Below the pieces are notes generated by a model, which saw nothing but the letters and a program-made list of their open reading frames with translations, was not told the DNA's origin and ran no database searches. A program made the translations under genes and the position numbers. Shown piece after piece: positions 11,892 through 25,200 of a stretch of DNA of 64,000 nt. Positions within the stretch are counted from its first letter, which is position 1; each line of letters opens with the position of its first letter. Source of the DNA: Octopus vulgaris (Eukaryota); assembly GCA_951406725.2 (NCBI GenBank), contig OX597819.1:95418001-95482000 (forward strand). The letters run 5' to 3'.

Positions 11892-14269
11892 CTGAAAAAC
11901 AGATGTACAGAGAGATAGTTAAGCAGGTAGATAAGTAGATAAATATACAGATAAATAGATTAAGGGATAGATGGAAGGATCAATATAGAGAAAAACAGAT
12001 AGACATACAGAGAGATAAACAGATAGATAGTTAGATAGAGTGCAGATAGTTATACAGACTGATAGAAAGAGACTAAATGGTTGCATTTGGAATGCCACCA
12101 TAACCACAGAAAACCTTCTGCAATACAGGTCAATGAAGAAGTATCTAGGTGGTTGTTCAATCTGCTAGATATAGCAACCCTATCTCCCTCATATCACATC
12201 CTACAATCTTAGAAAATAACATGTTGGATAACATGATCTTAGTTCCTCTGCATATAGGAAAAAACCAAGATAGACATGGCTAAAATGCCTTTGATTATAG
12301 GTCTTCTTAGTCAGAACTGAACTGAGGCTAAACAAGAACAACAATTTGCAATGCTATCAACAACAATACACATCCTTAATATACATAATAATCAGATGAT
12401 CAAGGCTAGAATGCCTTCGATCCTAGATCATAGCTCATTTGCTTCCACAATAGCCTAAGACCAACAAATGATTTTGAGTGGGATCCAGTGGATGGAAACT
12501 GAATAGAAGTCCATCTCACACACGCACACACACACTGTCACCAGAGTACATGTTACTCAAGCAGGATGCTCACACACATGTATGTATGGCTGTGAGTATC
12601 AATGAGAATTCTCCACCAGAAACAAAAAAACAAAAAAAAAATACGTTTTTCTAATAAAAAAATATTTTGTATGTTGTTAGTATTCACAAGTAAGACGATC
12701 CCTTTTCAATCTCACCATAAAAAATACACTAAACAAGTTTGTTTCCCAACAGCGACCTGTTAGGAAATAAGTTACTACACAATTACACTATTAAAAAAAA
12801 ATTAAAAACTGGATAACTTCATCAGTGACCCAATAACAGAGCCTGTACAGATAATTTGAACTGTGATAAATAGCTAAATTTCCCTAAAATCAAATCCGAC
12901 AATGTTACATATTTGAAGGATACATTGGATAATGTTTAAAAAAATGGGGTTAAACAACAAATACTATTCATAATTGTACACTACATTAAAATTCTACCAC
13001 ACTAAACTACATGGTAGGGTTGGCCTGAGATTACTCTATAACAGCTATTGCTACATTATCAATTAAACTATCATCATCAACAATATCCACCTCTGGCCAC
13101 CTCTAAGTAAGCAGTCAATTTGCTAGAAATAACAGCCATATATCCCTCAAATAACAACCTATAATCCTAAAACAAAAAGGACCAGGAGTTTCCTGCATAT
13201 AGGGAAAAGACAGGTTGGTTATGGCTGGATTGTTATTGATCATAGATCTGCTCAATCAGGGTTGGCCTGGGGTCAAACAACAACATCCAACACCACCATC
13301 AATAACAACATACAAGCCAATGAGGAAGCTTCTATGCAGTCATTTGACCTGCAAGAAAAAGTAGCCAAATCTCCCTCAAATCATCTTACAGTATCAAAAA
13401 AAAAAAACAAGGCATATAGCATATTGTGGTTTTAGATACACATTTGAAATTATATTGTACAAGAATAAAAATTAATAAAAAAAAGGATGATCACATCTGG
13501 AATGTCTAACCATAAGTCTATTGATTATAGCCAACCTAGGGCTAAACAACATAGCAACAAATACATAATCATCTCCACCAAAAAAAATAAATAAAAACCT
13601 TTCCCTCACTACCACCACTTAAAATACATCCCAACAACAGTGCTGTTATTTCTAGCATTGTAAGAATACACCAACAGCCTCTACACCCAGCCATCACTAC
13701 CAACACCATCAGACACAGATAGACAGACAGACACCAACTCAGGGTTATTGTATCACTGTGTTAGTGGTATCAGATCTCAGTTTATATCTGGTAGTTTGAG
13801 ATGTTTAGAATGTACACAAGGGTTGCAGAGATTGTGGTTGATGGTGGAGATTGGTGGTGGCGAGAAAGAGGATGTGAGCAGAGAAGCACTGTGATAGGTG
13901 GTAGAAGTAGCATGTAATACGAAGAAGAGGAACAGAGAGGGGGGGGGGGCAACAAGGGAAAGTGTGAGAGAGAAAGTGAGTTATAATAAGAGATAACACC
14001 TCGAAATAGGTAGGTGTGTGTATGTGTGAGCACACATGTGCAGGTATGTATGCAAGTATACACACACACATATACATACACATATAGACATTCATACATA
14101 CATTATATACATATATATATATATATATATACACACATACATACATTACATACATATATATACACACACATACATACATTACATACATATACACACACAT
14201 ACATACATTACATACATATATACACACATACATATACATATATATATATATACACATACATACATACAT

Positions 14270-14329
<60 letters not shown>

Positions 14330-14336
14330 TACATTT

Positions 14337-14368
<32 letters not shown>

Positions 14369-14369
14369 T

Positions 14370-14414
<45 letters not shown>

Positions 14415-14444
14415 GCATAATATATATATACACACACATGCATA

Positions 14445-14487
<43 letters not shown>

Positions 14488-15014
14488 CATAATATATACA
14501 TATACACACACATACACTATATATATCATCATCATCATCATTTAATATCTGCCTTCCATGCTAGCATGGGTTGGACGATTTGACTGAGGACTGGTGAACC
14601 AAATGGCTGCGCCAGGCTCCAATCTGATCTGGCAGAGTTTCTACAGCTGGATGCCCTTCCTAATGTCAACCGCTCCGAGAGTGTAGTGGGTGCTTTTACA
14701 TGCCACCGGCACGAGGGCCACTCTGGCGGTACTGGCAACGGCCACGCTCGAAACGGTGTTTTTTACATGCCACCTGCACAGGAGTCAGTCCAGCGGCACT
14801 GGCAACGACCTCACTCAAATGTTTTGTTCATGTGCCACCAGTACAAGTGCCAGTAAGGCGACACCGGTAACGATCATGCTCAAATGGTGCTTTCTACATG
14901 CCCACCGGCATGGAAGCCAGACAGTTGCTCTGGCAGTGATCCCACTCAGATGGAGCTGTTAGTGCTCCACTGGCACGGGTGCCAGTCATCGAATTTGGTT
15001 CAATTTCGAATTCA

Positions 15015-15049
<35 letters not shown>

Positions 15050-18000
15050 AACATACATACATATATACACACACACACATACGTACATGATATCTTTATA
15101 TATACACACATAATATATATATACACACACACATTATATATATACACACACACATAAATATACACATACATACATGATATACATATACACACATATACAT
15201 AATATACATACACACATACATAATATACACACATACATGATATACATATACACACATATACATAATATACACACACATACATAACATACATATACACACA
15301 CATATATAATATACATATACACACACACATACATAATATACATATACACACACACATACATAATATACACACACATACATGATATACATATACACACACA
15401 TACATAATATACATATACACACACACATACATAACATACATATACACACACACACATACATAACATACATATACATACACACATACATAACATACATATA
15501 CACACACATACATGATATACATATACATACACACATAATATACATATACACACACACACATACATAACATACATATACACACACATACATAATATCTATA
15601 TATACATACACACATATATTGTATGTGTGTGTGTGTGTATGTGTGTATTATATTTGTTCATAGTGACTCAAAGATTATCATGCGAAACCACCATGATAAA
15701 GCCTCCACTTAACATCACCACAGTCATTGCTATAAATTACCACCAATATCACAACTATTGCTACTGTAAACTACTACTACTACTACCACCTACACCACTA
15801 CTATCACACAGCAACTACTGTTACTATTGAAAAGTATCATCCTACAACTAGTTGCTATTGAATAGTACATCCACACTTCTGCCACAACACTATTGATACT
15901 ACTAAAAATTATAATCAACACTACAACAATAACTATTGTTACAGTAAACTTCTACCAACACGAAAAGCACAACAGCTGTGACTATTGTAGACTACTAGCA
16001 TTACCACCACAACAACAACAACAACTGAAAAAGAGAGAGAAGGGGGATCAATGGTTGCTTAACAAACTGTGTAACAAAATTTTTATTTTTCGATTCTTAT
16101 CTTTGGTCAGTTAGTGTTATTTCCTATTTGCTTCTATCTTAGAAATCAAAGAAAATGACAACTGTTCCTTTCTTTTGTGACTTGTACGTCAATGTTTTGA
16201 AACTGAAGATTACATTTCAGAAAAATTCAGCACTGAATTTACTAAAACAAATATCATTATAGAAAATATTCTGCTCAATACCACAGATTTGCTTGTCAGT
16301 TGCTTGACCTTAATCACTTAACCATGTCCCTTAGTGCCTGATAATATGTACATCACTGATCATGAGCAGTAGCAGTGTTAAGAGGGATTCTTTAGGGTTT
16401 GAATATATATTACAAAGCAAAGTCTGAAGGAAATATTAGCCATTTTTCACACTTTTTAGTGGTAAGCAAATAGGAAATAACAGTTGCTACCCATGGACAA
16501 AAATCATGTCACATAGTGTTATTGTCGTTGCTAAGTGTCACCAACATCACTATGAGGGAACCTTTATAAGATATTTTTTTTCTTTACAATGCCCATGACC
16601 TTTGCAGGCCCACTGAAGCCAGTGAGGATGATGGCATTGTTTTATTTAAACTATTATAAGTCAACAGCTACTGTTGCAGTGTCATGTATGTTGAAGTGAT
16701 AAGAGTTGTGGTGTGATGTAGGCTAAAGATGTGGTGTACATTGAAGTTGTAGTATAGGTTGAAGTGGGTAATTGTCTAGAAAATTGTCCTGATATTCTAA
16801 TAAGAACCCACCATCTTAAAAAAAAATGGACATACTGGATAATACAATCCTAGGTAGACTATACCAGGACAAAAATACAAGGTATGATCATGACAGGAAT
16901 GTCTTACATTATAGATTTGCTTGATCAGGAACAACCTGGAGTTAAACACCACTAGACAATTAAAATCAGTATGTTGAGATATGAGCACTGTTGCTATGGT
17001 CACCACATTACTACCATAACACTACAACCACAGTTCAAACCAATGTGTGTGTGAATGTGTTTATGTGTCTGTGTTTGTCATACACACACCACTTGTCAAC
17101 CATTGTAGGTTTGTCTACATTATAACTTAGTGGTTAGGTAAAAGTAACTAATAAAATAAGTACCAAACTTTTAAATAAAAAAAAGTAACTACAGCGATCA
17201 ATTTGTTTGAGTAAAACCCCTCAAGGTGATGCCCCACCACTTAATGACTGTAACAGGAAAAGAAACTTTCTGAAATAAAGAAAGAACACAGATATCAAAG
17301 TTAACCCCTAATACCCCTAAAAAGACAAAATGAACACAACTAGAAATATCTTTGATCATAGGTCTGCTCATTCAGAGCTGGCCACATAGGTAAAAGGCGA
17401 TAAATTTTGGTGGGTATTATATCAACCCCAGCACTTGACAGGTATTATTTTGTTGATCTCAGAGGAATACATGGCAAATTCTAAGACAACAGGATTTGAA
17501 TGCAGAAAATAATTTATTTTGCTGTTTAGCCCCAGGTCAGCTCTGTGGGAGAAGACCTAGCATTAAAGATATGACCAACCTATCTTTTTTGCATATCAGG
17601 GATTACACTGTCCAATTGTTTGATATGGTAATTTTGAAATTTAGCTGCTATTTCTAAAAACAGCAATTAACAAAATAATACAGCATGTTGACAGAAATAA
17701 TAGCTTTTTTGGGGTAAGACATAAGACAGTTACACAGATAGGCATAGCAGTGAAACAGTGATGCAGGCTCATTGCAAAGCATTTTGCTTTGCTTGGTATT
17801 CTATAATTGTTCCATTCCATTGCTCTATTAACAAAAACAATAATAATCCTTTCTAATATAGGCACAAGGCCTGAAATTTTGGTGGAAGGGATGAGTCGAT
17901 TAGATCAGCATCAGTACTTAATTTATCAACTCCAAAAGGATGAAAGGCAAAGTCGACCTCAGTGGAATTTGAACTCAGAATGTAGCGGCAGACAAAATAC

Positions 18001-19244
18001 TGCTAAGCATTTCACCCAATGTGCAAATGATTCTGCCAGCTCACCACCTTAACAATGACAATAATAATAATCCTTTCTACTAGAGGAACAAGGCCTAATT
18101 TGTTGGGTGGGGACTAGTTGATTATATCGACCCGTGTTTCACTGGTACTTAATTTAGCGACCCTGAAAGGATGGCCTCGGCAGAATTTGAACTCAGAATG
18201 TAGTGACGGGCGAAATACTTCTAAGCATTTCGTCCAGCACACTGAAGATTCTGCCAGCTCACTGCCTAATGACAATCATAATGAAAGATGGTGTCTTTCA
18301 AATTGTCTGAAAATTTTCACTGGTGTCTTTGTGCCTAATCAATCTTGAAAATTTCAGCTTCTGTGTATGGTTCTGATTTTATAAGCATTCAAATTAGGGG
18401 GCCGAACCAAATCTGAGGATTTCACAAAATTTGGAGCTATATTTAACCTCTAATATTTAACCAAGCAATTTGAAAGACACAACTTTTCAAGCGTAGTTCA
18501 GCATTAGCAGGAATGTCAGAGATAAAGAATGAATAAAGGAGAATAAAGGAAACTGAATCAGTGATAGATAAGACAAAACGACTGGTTCATGTTACTAAAG
18601 AAGGAGGAAAGTGAATGAATGAAATTACTGGAAATAAATGTAGAAGAAAGTGGAGAAAGAGAAAGACTGAGAAAAACATGGCTACAAGTGACAGAAGAGG
18701 AAATGAGGGCAACAAATTGGCAAAGGGTGATGTAAGGAAAAGGACAAACCGAAAAAGATTTATGGGGTTCCTTTAGCAGGGAAAATGATTGCAAAACACT
18801 TGTTGTATTCTTGGTGTGTGTATGTGTATGAAGCACTAAAAGAGGTTATGCTACAAGTAAAAGATATAATTACAGTTACTAAGGAAACAGTCACTCACCT
18901 TTTAAGGAACTTGGATCAGGTTTTATCAGATCATCTTCATTCAGGAGGGTATCAGAGTCCAAGAGATCATCATCATCCAAGTCATTAGCAGAGAGGGACC
19001 AGATTTTAGCAGTATCAGCCGCAGGTTCAGCTAAAAATAAGAATCAAGACAGCGATCAGTAACATGTAGTATAATGACAGAGAGATGGTGATGAGTGACA
19101 GTTAAGACACAAGACAGTGGCTCAGTAAAATGTAATAGTGCTGTAATGGCACACAAAAGTGAGGTAGTAGCATGTGGAAACAAAGCACTGGCAACAATAT
19201 GTCAAGTGAGATATATGAGCAACTGTGATGTGCGTGTGTGTGTA

Positions 19245-19293
<49 letters not shown>

Positions 19294-22200
19294 TCATCAT
19301 CATCATCTTCGTTTAGCATCCGCTTTCCATGCTAGCATGGGTTGGGCGGTTCAACTGGGGTCTGGGAAGCCAGAAGGCTGCACCAGGCCCAGTCTGATCT
19401 GGCAATGTTTCTACGGCTGGATGCCCTTCCTAACGCCAACCACTCCGTGAGTGTAGTGGGTGCTTTTTACGTGCCAGACGAGGCTGGCAAACGGCCACGA
19501 TCGGATGGTGCTTTTTATGTGCCACTGGCACGAGGCCAGTCGGGGCAGCGCTGGCAACGGCCACGTTCGGATGGTTCTCTTTCGTACCACCGGCACTGGT
19601 ATCACAGCTGCAATTTCCATTGATGTTGATCGATTTCGATTTTATATATATATATATATATAATATATAGTTACACACACGAGTGAGTGGATAAACAAAA
19701 GAAAGTAGCACTCAACACATTTGGTAAGAGTTACATATATTATTTAATAAGTTCGATTCAGACATTTTCCTCCTACAACAACTTGATCCATCATCCCTGT
19801 GTGAAACTGGCAGAAGAGATTCACAAATGCGGGTGGGCAACCAATTTCTAAGAGCATTCTGCTTAAGTTTCCTACTTAGTGTCAAAAATCTTTGACAGAT
19901 CCACAAATGCCGCAAACAGGTTTCTTGTATTTTTCGTGAACTGCCATAAAACAAAGAACTTGCCGACTGTATCTCAGTAACTAAGGAGCCTACACTGTGA
20001 CATTTTCTTGTATAGACTGGATCCGTCTTTTAAACATGATCACGACCAAGGCTTCACAGCAATAGACAGGAGTACTATACTCCTACAGTCTGAACAAACA
20101 GATTTACCTCCCTTACTTTTGTACACACTGGCAATGTTTGCATCATTCCAATATCAAGGGTTAATCTTTCTTATTTCATGGCTCTATGACGTAGCTATGA
20201 ACGGCACTTGTGCACGGATAACCATTCACCTACCAGATCTCTGCTAGACTGTTATCTAGTTCAAGAATTTCTTGTTATTTTATGGCAGCAATAACTCTAG
20301 CAAAAATTGAGGGTCATTTAAGTGGTGGCTCATAGGCATTGCACAAGATTCATCCATGATTGTTGGCTCCACCACTTTAAGAATTATTCTGAGCATGCCA
20401 TCATTGTTGACTGGTCTTTCAGGAAGTGTGTTGTCTGATGACTTGATTGGAGCCTTAGAAGATCTTTATTGCAGCTCAGAAATTGCGTGTGAGATATCAT
20501 GCCCTTTTGTATGCATATGGATTTCTTGAGCTTTTATAATCCACTTTTTACAACAGATTCAGCTTCACTCTAATGTATACATCACTGCTTTTTAAGAGTG
20601 TGGACAAGAGACTGCCAGAGTTGCTCACTTGACCATGTGCATGTCATTGAGGAGCTTACTAACTGAGAAGTTCACACCAAACTGGTTTTCATATTTTTTC
20701 GCCCTTGATTCCAAAGATTTAATTCAAAGAGTGTGGAATTTAAGGAGACCATTTGTTATCTATGCTAGCCACTATGGTGATTAAGTGCCACTGAAGCTTT
20801 TGGTTTGACAGTTAGAGAATGATCAAAGTCCTTACAAATAGTGGAACTACTGAGCTTGCTACAATTGAACCTCTTAATGCTTGGTGCTCCTGAACATCAA
20901 ACATTAAGGGACACACAATATGACGTCTGTTTGTTGTTGTTGCTTAGCTCCAAGTCAATCTTCATCTAACATACCTATGATCAAAAACATCAAACTTTTG
21001 ATCATAGGTTTGTTAGATCAGGATCATAACCATTCAGTTCTTTTTAAGGTATGTAGGATTATATTATCTAATGTGTTTTGATATTATACAAGACAGTAGC
21101 TTGTGATTTGAGGGAGATTTGGTAACCATTTCTAGCACATCAAGAGAAAACAGTAGCCCTTTAATAACTCAGTATTATCATGCAAGTCTGTCCAACATTC
21201 AGCTTCCTTTGTTGCATAAGTAAGGAGAACATCTTTGAGGTCACCTATGATGTAGTCAATGAGATTATTAGTGTTTGGGCCTGGGATACATATGTGAAGT
21301 TTTGTGTTAGTTCTTCTACTGGAAGATGTTGATAATCATGAGGCTGTGCTCTGCACACAAAGAAGTCTAGTGCTATTGCTGTTCGTTTTTTCAATACTAT
21401 AGTTTCCAATCACTTCATCTCAGGTACACTTATTCTCCACTTGCTCATGCATTAAAATCATCCATTAGGATGACTTTGACCTGTTTTGGTATCTTAATGC
21501 ATAACCTGATGTTTAATAGATCTAGTGGCAAGTGAGACCCAAAATGACTAGTACCTACTCCCAGCTAACTACCACAGCTACATCTCTCAGTGTACAGTGT
21601 TAGCCTTTCTCTTTCTGAACTCACTAACTAGGCACTATAGTAATGGTTCATAAATACAAAGATATATCCACCAAAATGAGCATAGTTTCTCTAAGGACCA
21701 CCACTACTCTGGAACTGCAAAGCACTCAGTAACCATAAGTAGTTATGAAGAAGCATGGCCAGAGTTTTGGTGTGAGACAGCACAATGTCAAGGAAGACTA
21801 TATTTGCTAAGCAACAGCAGTGAATTGTAAGCAAAAGAATTGCAAACAAGTGGAAAAGACCAACACACCTAACTCTTCAACTAAGAACTACTGCACTATA
21901 TACATCATATCACCCAACAAGATGATGTGTGTCAGACAGGGTTATGTATTGACTGTTGTGCTATTTAATAACTTCAGCTGTATGACTTTATCATAAATGG
22001 AGAAGGATGGAACGGGAAGGAGAAAGACTTCTGCCTGACAGAAATATTTTCAATTATAAAAGTCTTCAGTCCTCCACTAAGCTTAAATCTAAACAGATTA
22101 TTGAGCTACTATGCTGATGACTGAGCTCTGGTGGCTCACACTCCAGAATTCCTTTGGTCCATCATCTCAGGTACAATTACAACTTATAAATGAGTGGGTG

Positions 22201-25200
22201 AAACTGTTAATGTCCAGAAAAGCAAGACTGACTATCAATGGCATGCTGCACCACTCTTCCTTATCCCCACTTACTTAACAAAACAATAAACAACAATCTA
22301 CACTTCCCCTGTTCAGATGCCTAGGTAGCACAATTTCCAATGACTATACTATATGAGGAAATTCTAAAATACATCTGACAGGTACCTGTATCCTTTGCAA
22401 AGCTCAAAAAGACAGCCTTGTGAAACAACCACTTCAGTTTCCAAACAGATATCAAAACAAACAAATAAAGAAAACCCTTACTTGTCTTGAGTTTTTGACT
22501 CAAATTAAGCTTGTTTGTGGAACCAATGGCATAGCTAGGTTTTGCTGCAGACAGATGGACTAAGGAGCTTTCAGCAGGCAAATCACAAAACGCCTTGATG
22601 GAATCTACATTAGAATCAGAGAGCTTGACTTCTGGGAGCTGCAAAAGATATACAGTACAGTTTTAAGCTGATATATAAAACTACAAAACTGAATGAGGAA
22701 AACTGAATAGCCAAACGTGCAATCATCATCATTATCGTTTAACGTCCGCTTACCATGCTAGCATGGGTTGGACGATTTCACTGAGGACTGGCAAACCAGA
22801 TGGCTGCACCAGGCTCCAATCTTGATCTGACAGAGTTTTTACAGCTGGATGCCCTTCCTAATGCCAACCACTCCGAGAGTAAATAAAAAAAATATTCCTT
22901 TAACAATATAGCTGAATCTCTTTGATGATAGCTTTGACCTACAGCTATACAACAATAACATTTATTAATAAGTATACCTAGCACCTTTAACATCCTTAAG
23001 TCAAAATTGGAAGACCAAAGGAAACAGAAATTATAAACGTTGATTTCAAGATGCTGCACCTCACCAAGAAAATGACATAGGACTGCCAACATATGGTGAG
23101 ATGCTGTGCTGAAAATGATGCAAGCATAGTAAAACGGACATAAAATGATGAGTTGGCCTATGCATTATGCCAAATATATAAAATGTAAGTTTGTAAAGCC
23201 ACATACAAAAAAAAAATAAATAAACGAATTATTTCCCTTTCCAACTGTTTGACTGAGTTACGAACCTTGTTACAGTCACAGAATCTTTCGTTACACCAGC
23301 TGAGACTTAGTAATTTAATGTTTCGAATTCTGTTTCATACTAAGGTCCCACAATGTGATGTGAACATACAAACAGTCATTAGTGGCTGATATAATATATC
23401 GTCCAGCTTAAATTCCCACATCATTCAGTGAGGAGTTAACTTGCTATGATGTCTCAATGAGCCATCAGTACAAGTCAACCACTCAGAGACCATCCCTCTC
23501 TAATCTAAAGCCTCAGAAGTATTTCAAAGCAGTCTTACAATCTAATAAAACATTCGCCAGTTGTACAATACTCCTACTGTTTGCAGCAATAGTTGTTGTT
23601 GTTGTTCAATTCCAGGTCATTCATGATGAAGCATACCTTATGGTCAAAGGTATTCCAGTTTTGACCTCACCTTTATTTCCTGTTGACAAAGTGTATCTAG
23701 GACAATATTATCCAATGTGTTTCTTTTTCCTTTTTTTTTTTTAAAGATAATAAGGTATGATTTCCTGGAATTTTTCTGGTATTTCTAGTAGGTCAAGCAA
23801 CAACTTAAAGGTTCCCTTGTTGGGTCTTGTACCAGCATTATCTGTTTATATGTTTATACTTATGCCAGAGTAATAGACAGTAATAACAATCATCACAGAT
23901 GCCACATACACACCTCACTCAATAAACAAGATGAGAAAGCCAATTTAGTTATTCGTCACCTGACAATGAGACATGTTATCTTGAGTTATATGCTACTAGC
24001 AGCACATAGAAGCTGATTATACAGACACAATAAATGCTTTTAAAAATAACCCTAATAGAAGTCCTCAGTATAACATTTAGAAAAGTAAATAAAACACATC
24101 ATGCCATTCTGTCGTCAAATAACAACTCTAAAAAGGATGCAAATAATTTTCCCATTGCCTTCACCATAACCATAAAAGTACTGGAGCTGAATACAGCAGG
24201 CCAACAAAAGCTTGTGGAGATATGGCTCAATACTTGCAGCAGTGAATATTTCCACATTGCCAACAATACAAGCCAACAAGAGAGCCTCTATATGGTCAGT
24301 AAAGCAGCAAGAAATACCAGCAAATCTATATTAAATTACACTCCACCATCATAAAAATGGGAAGGAACATACATTAGATAATATGATATACCTCATGCAA
24401 AACAAATTGGTCATGGATGAAAAGCCTTTGATCATAGACCTCCAGGATCAGAGATAAACAGGAAGCTGAACAACAACTAAATAGAAGACCGAGATAAGAT
24501 GTTGTTTCAAGTTCTGAGCAATCCAGAAACATCAAACTGATGATCAAAGACATTCCACCCATAACCATCTTGTCTTTTTAGGTGTATGAGATATTCCTCA
24601 GTAGCAAGTGTAAATAGGTACTATGGATGAGTAAAATTAGTTAACCTCAGTAAGAGGAGCACTGTGTAATCAATAAATGTTTTGTTAGCTTTTGATACTG
24701 AGTTCAGCTCCTATATGCTAGGAGAAGGTAGTACCTTGATTTAGAATCCTAATTATCTTGAGCTGTCTTGGATACAACCCAATTCTGGCTTCAACATCTG
24801 AGAGTGCTGCTACTAAACATAGAGATATCCAAGACCACATTACAAAAACAAAAGCAACATCAAACTCATTTATTGACATGAAGTTATCCAGCAACATACA
24901 CTGACCTTTGGTCCTCAGAACTGGTTGGTAGCATGCCATCTCTACTCAGTCCCAAAAGTGTCAATCATCTCTCCTCTTCTCGTCACTCATACTGCATATC
25001 CCCTCAATCCCTATCCATAGACCCACCCCTTACTGACACTTTACTCAGTCCTTTCTTTCCAGAACATTAGCCACCTGGAATTCCTTCCTCTCTACTCATA
25101 TTTTTCATGGAGCTATCAATCTGTGTTCTTTATAAAGAACAATTGCAGTATTAATGTAATGGGTCTTGAAGGTTCTATGAAGGTCATAAATACAACAACC

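Noticed and set aside
13782-15615. Many 100-209 aa ORFs rich in Y/I/C/V/H/T
   Set aside because: Translations of TA/CA/TACA microsatellites; same for 9586, 19122 and 45007-45524.
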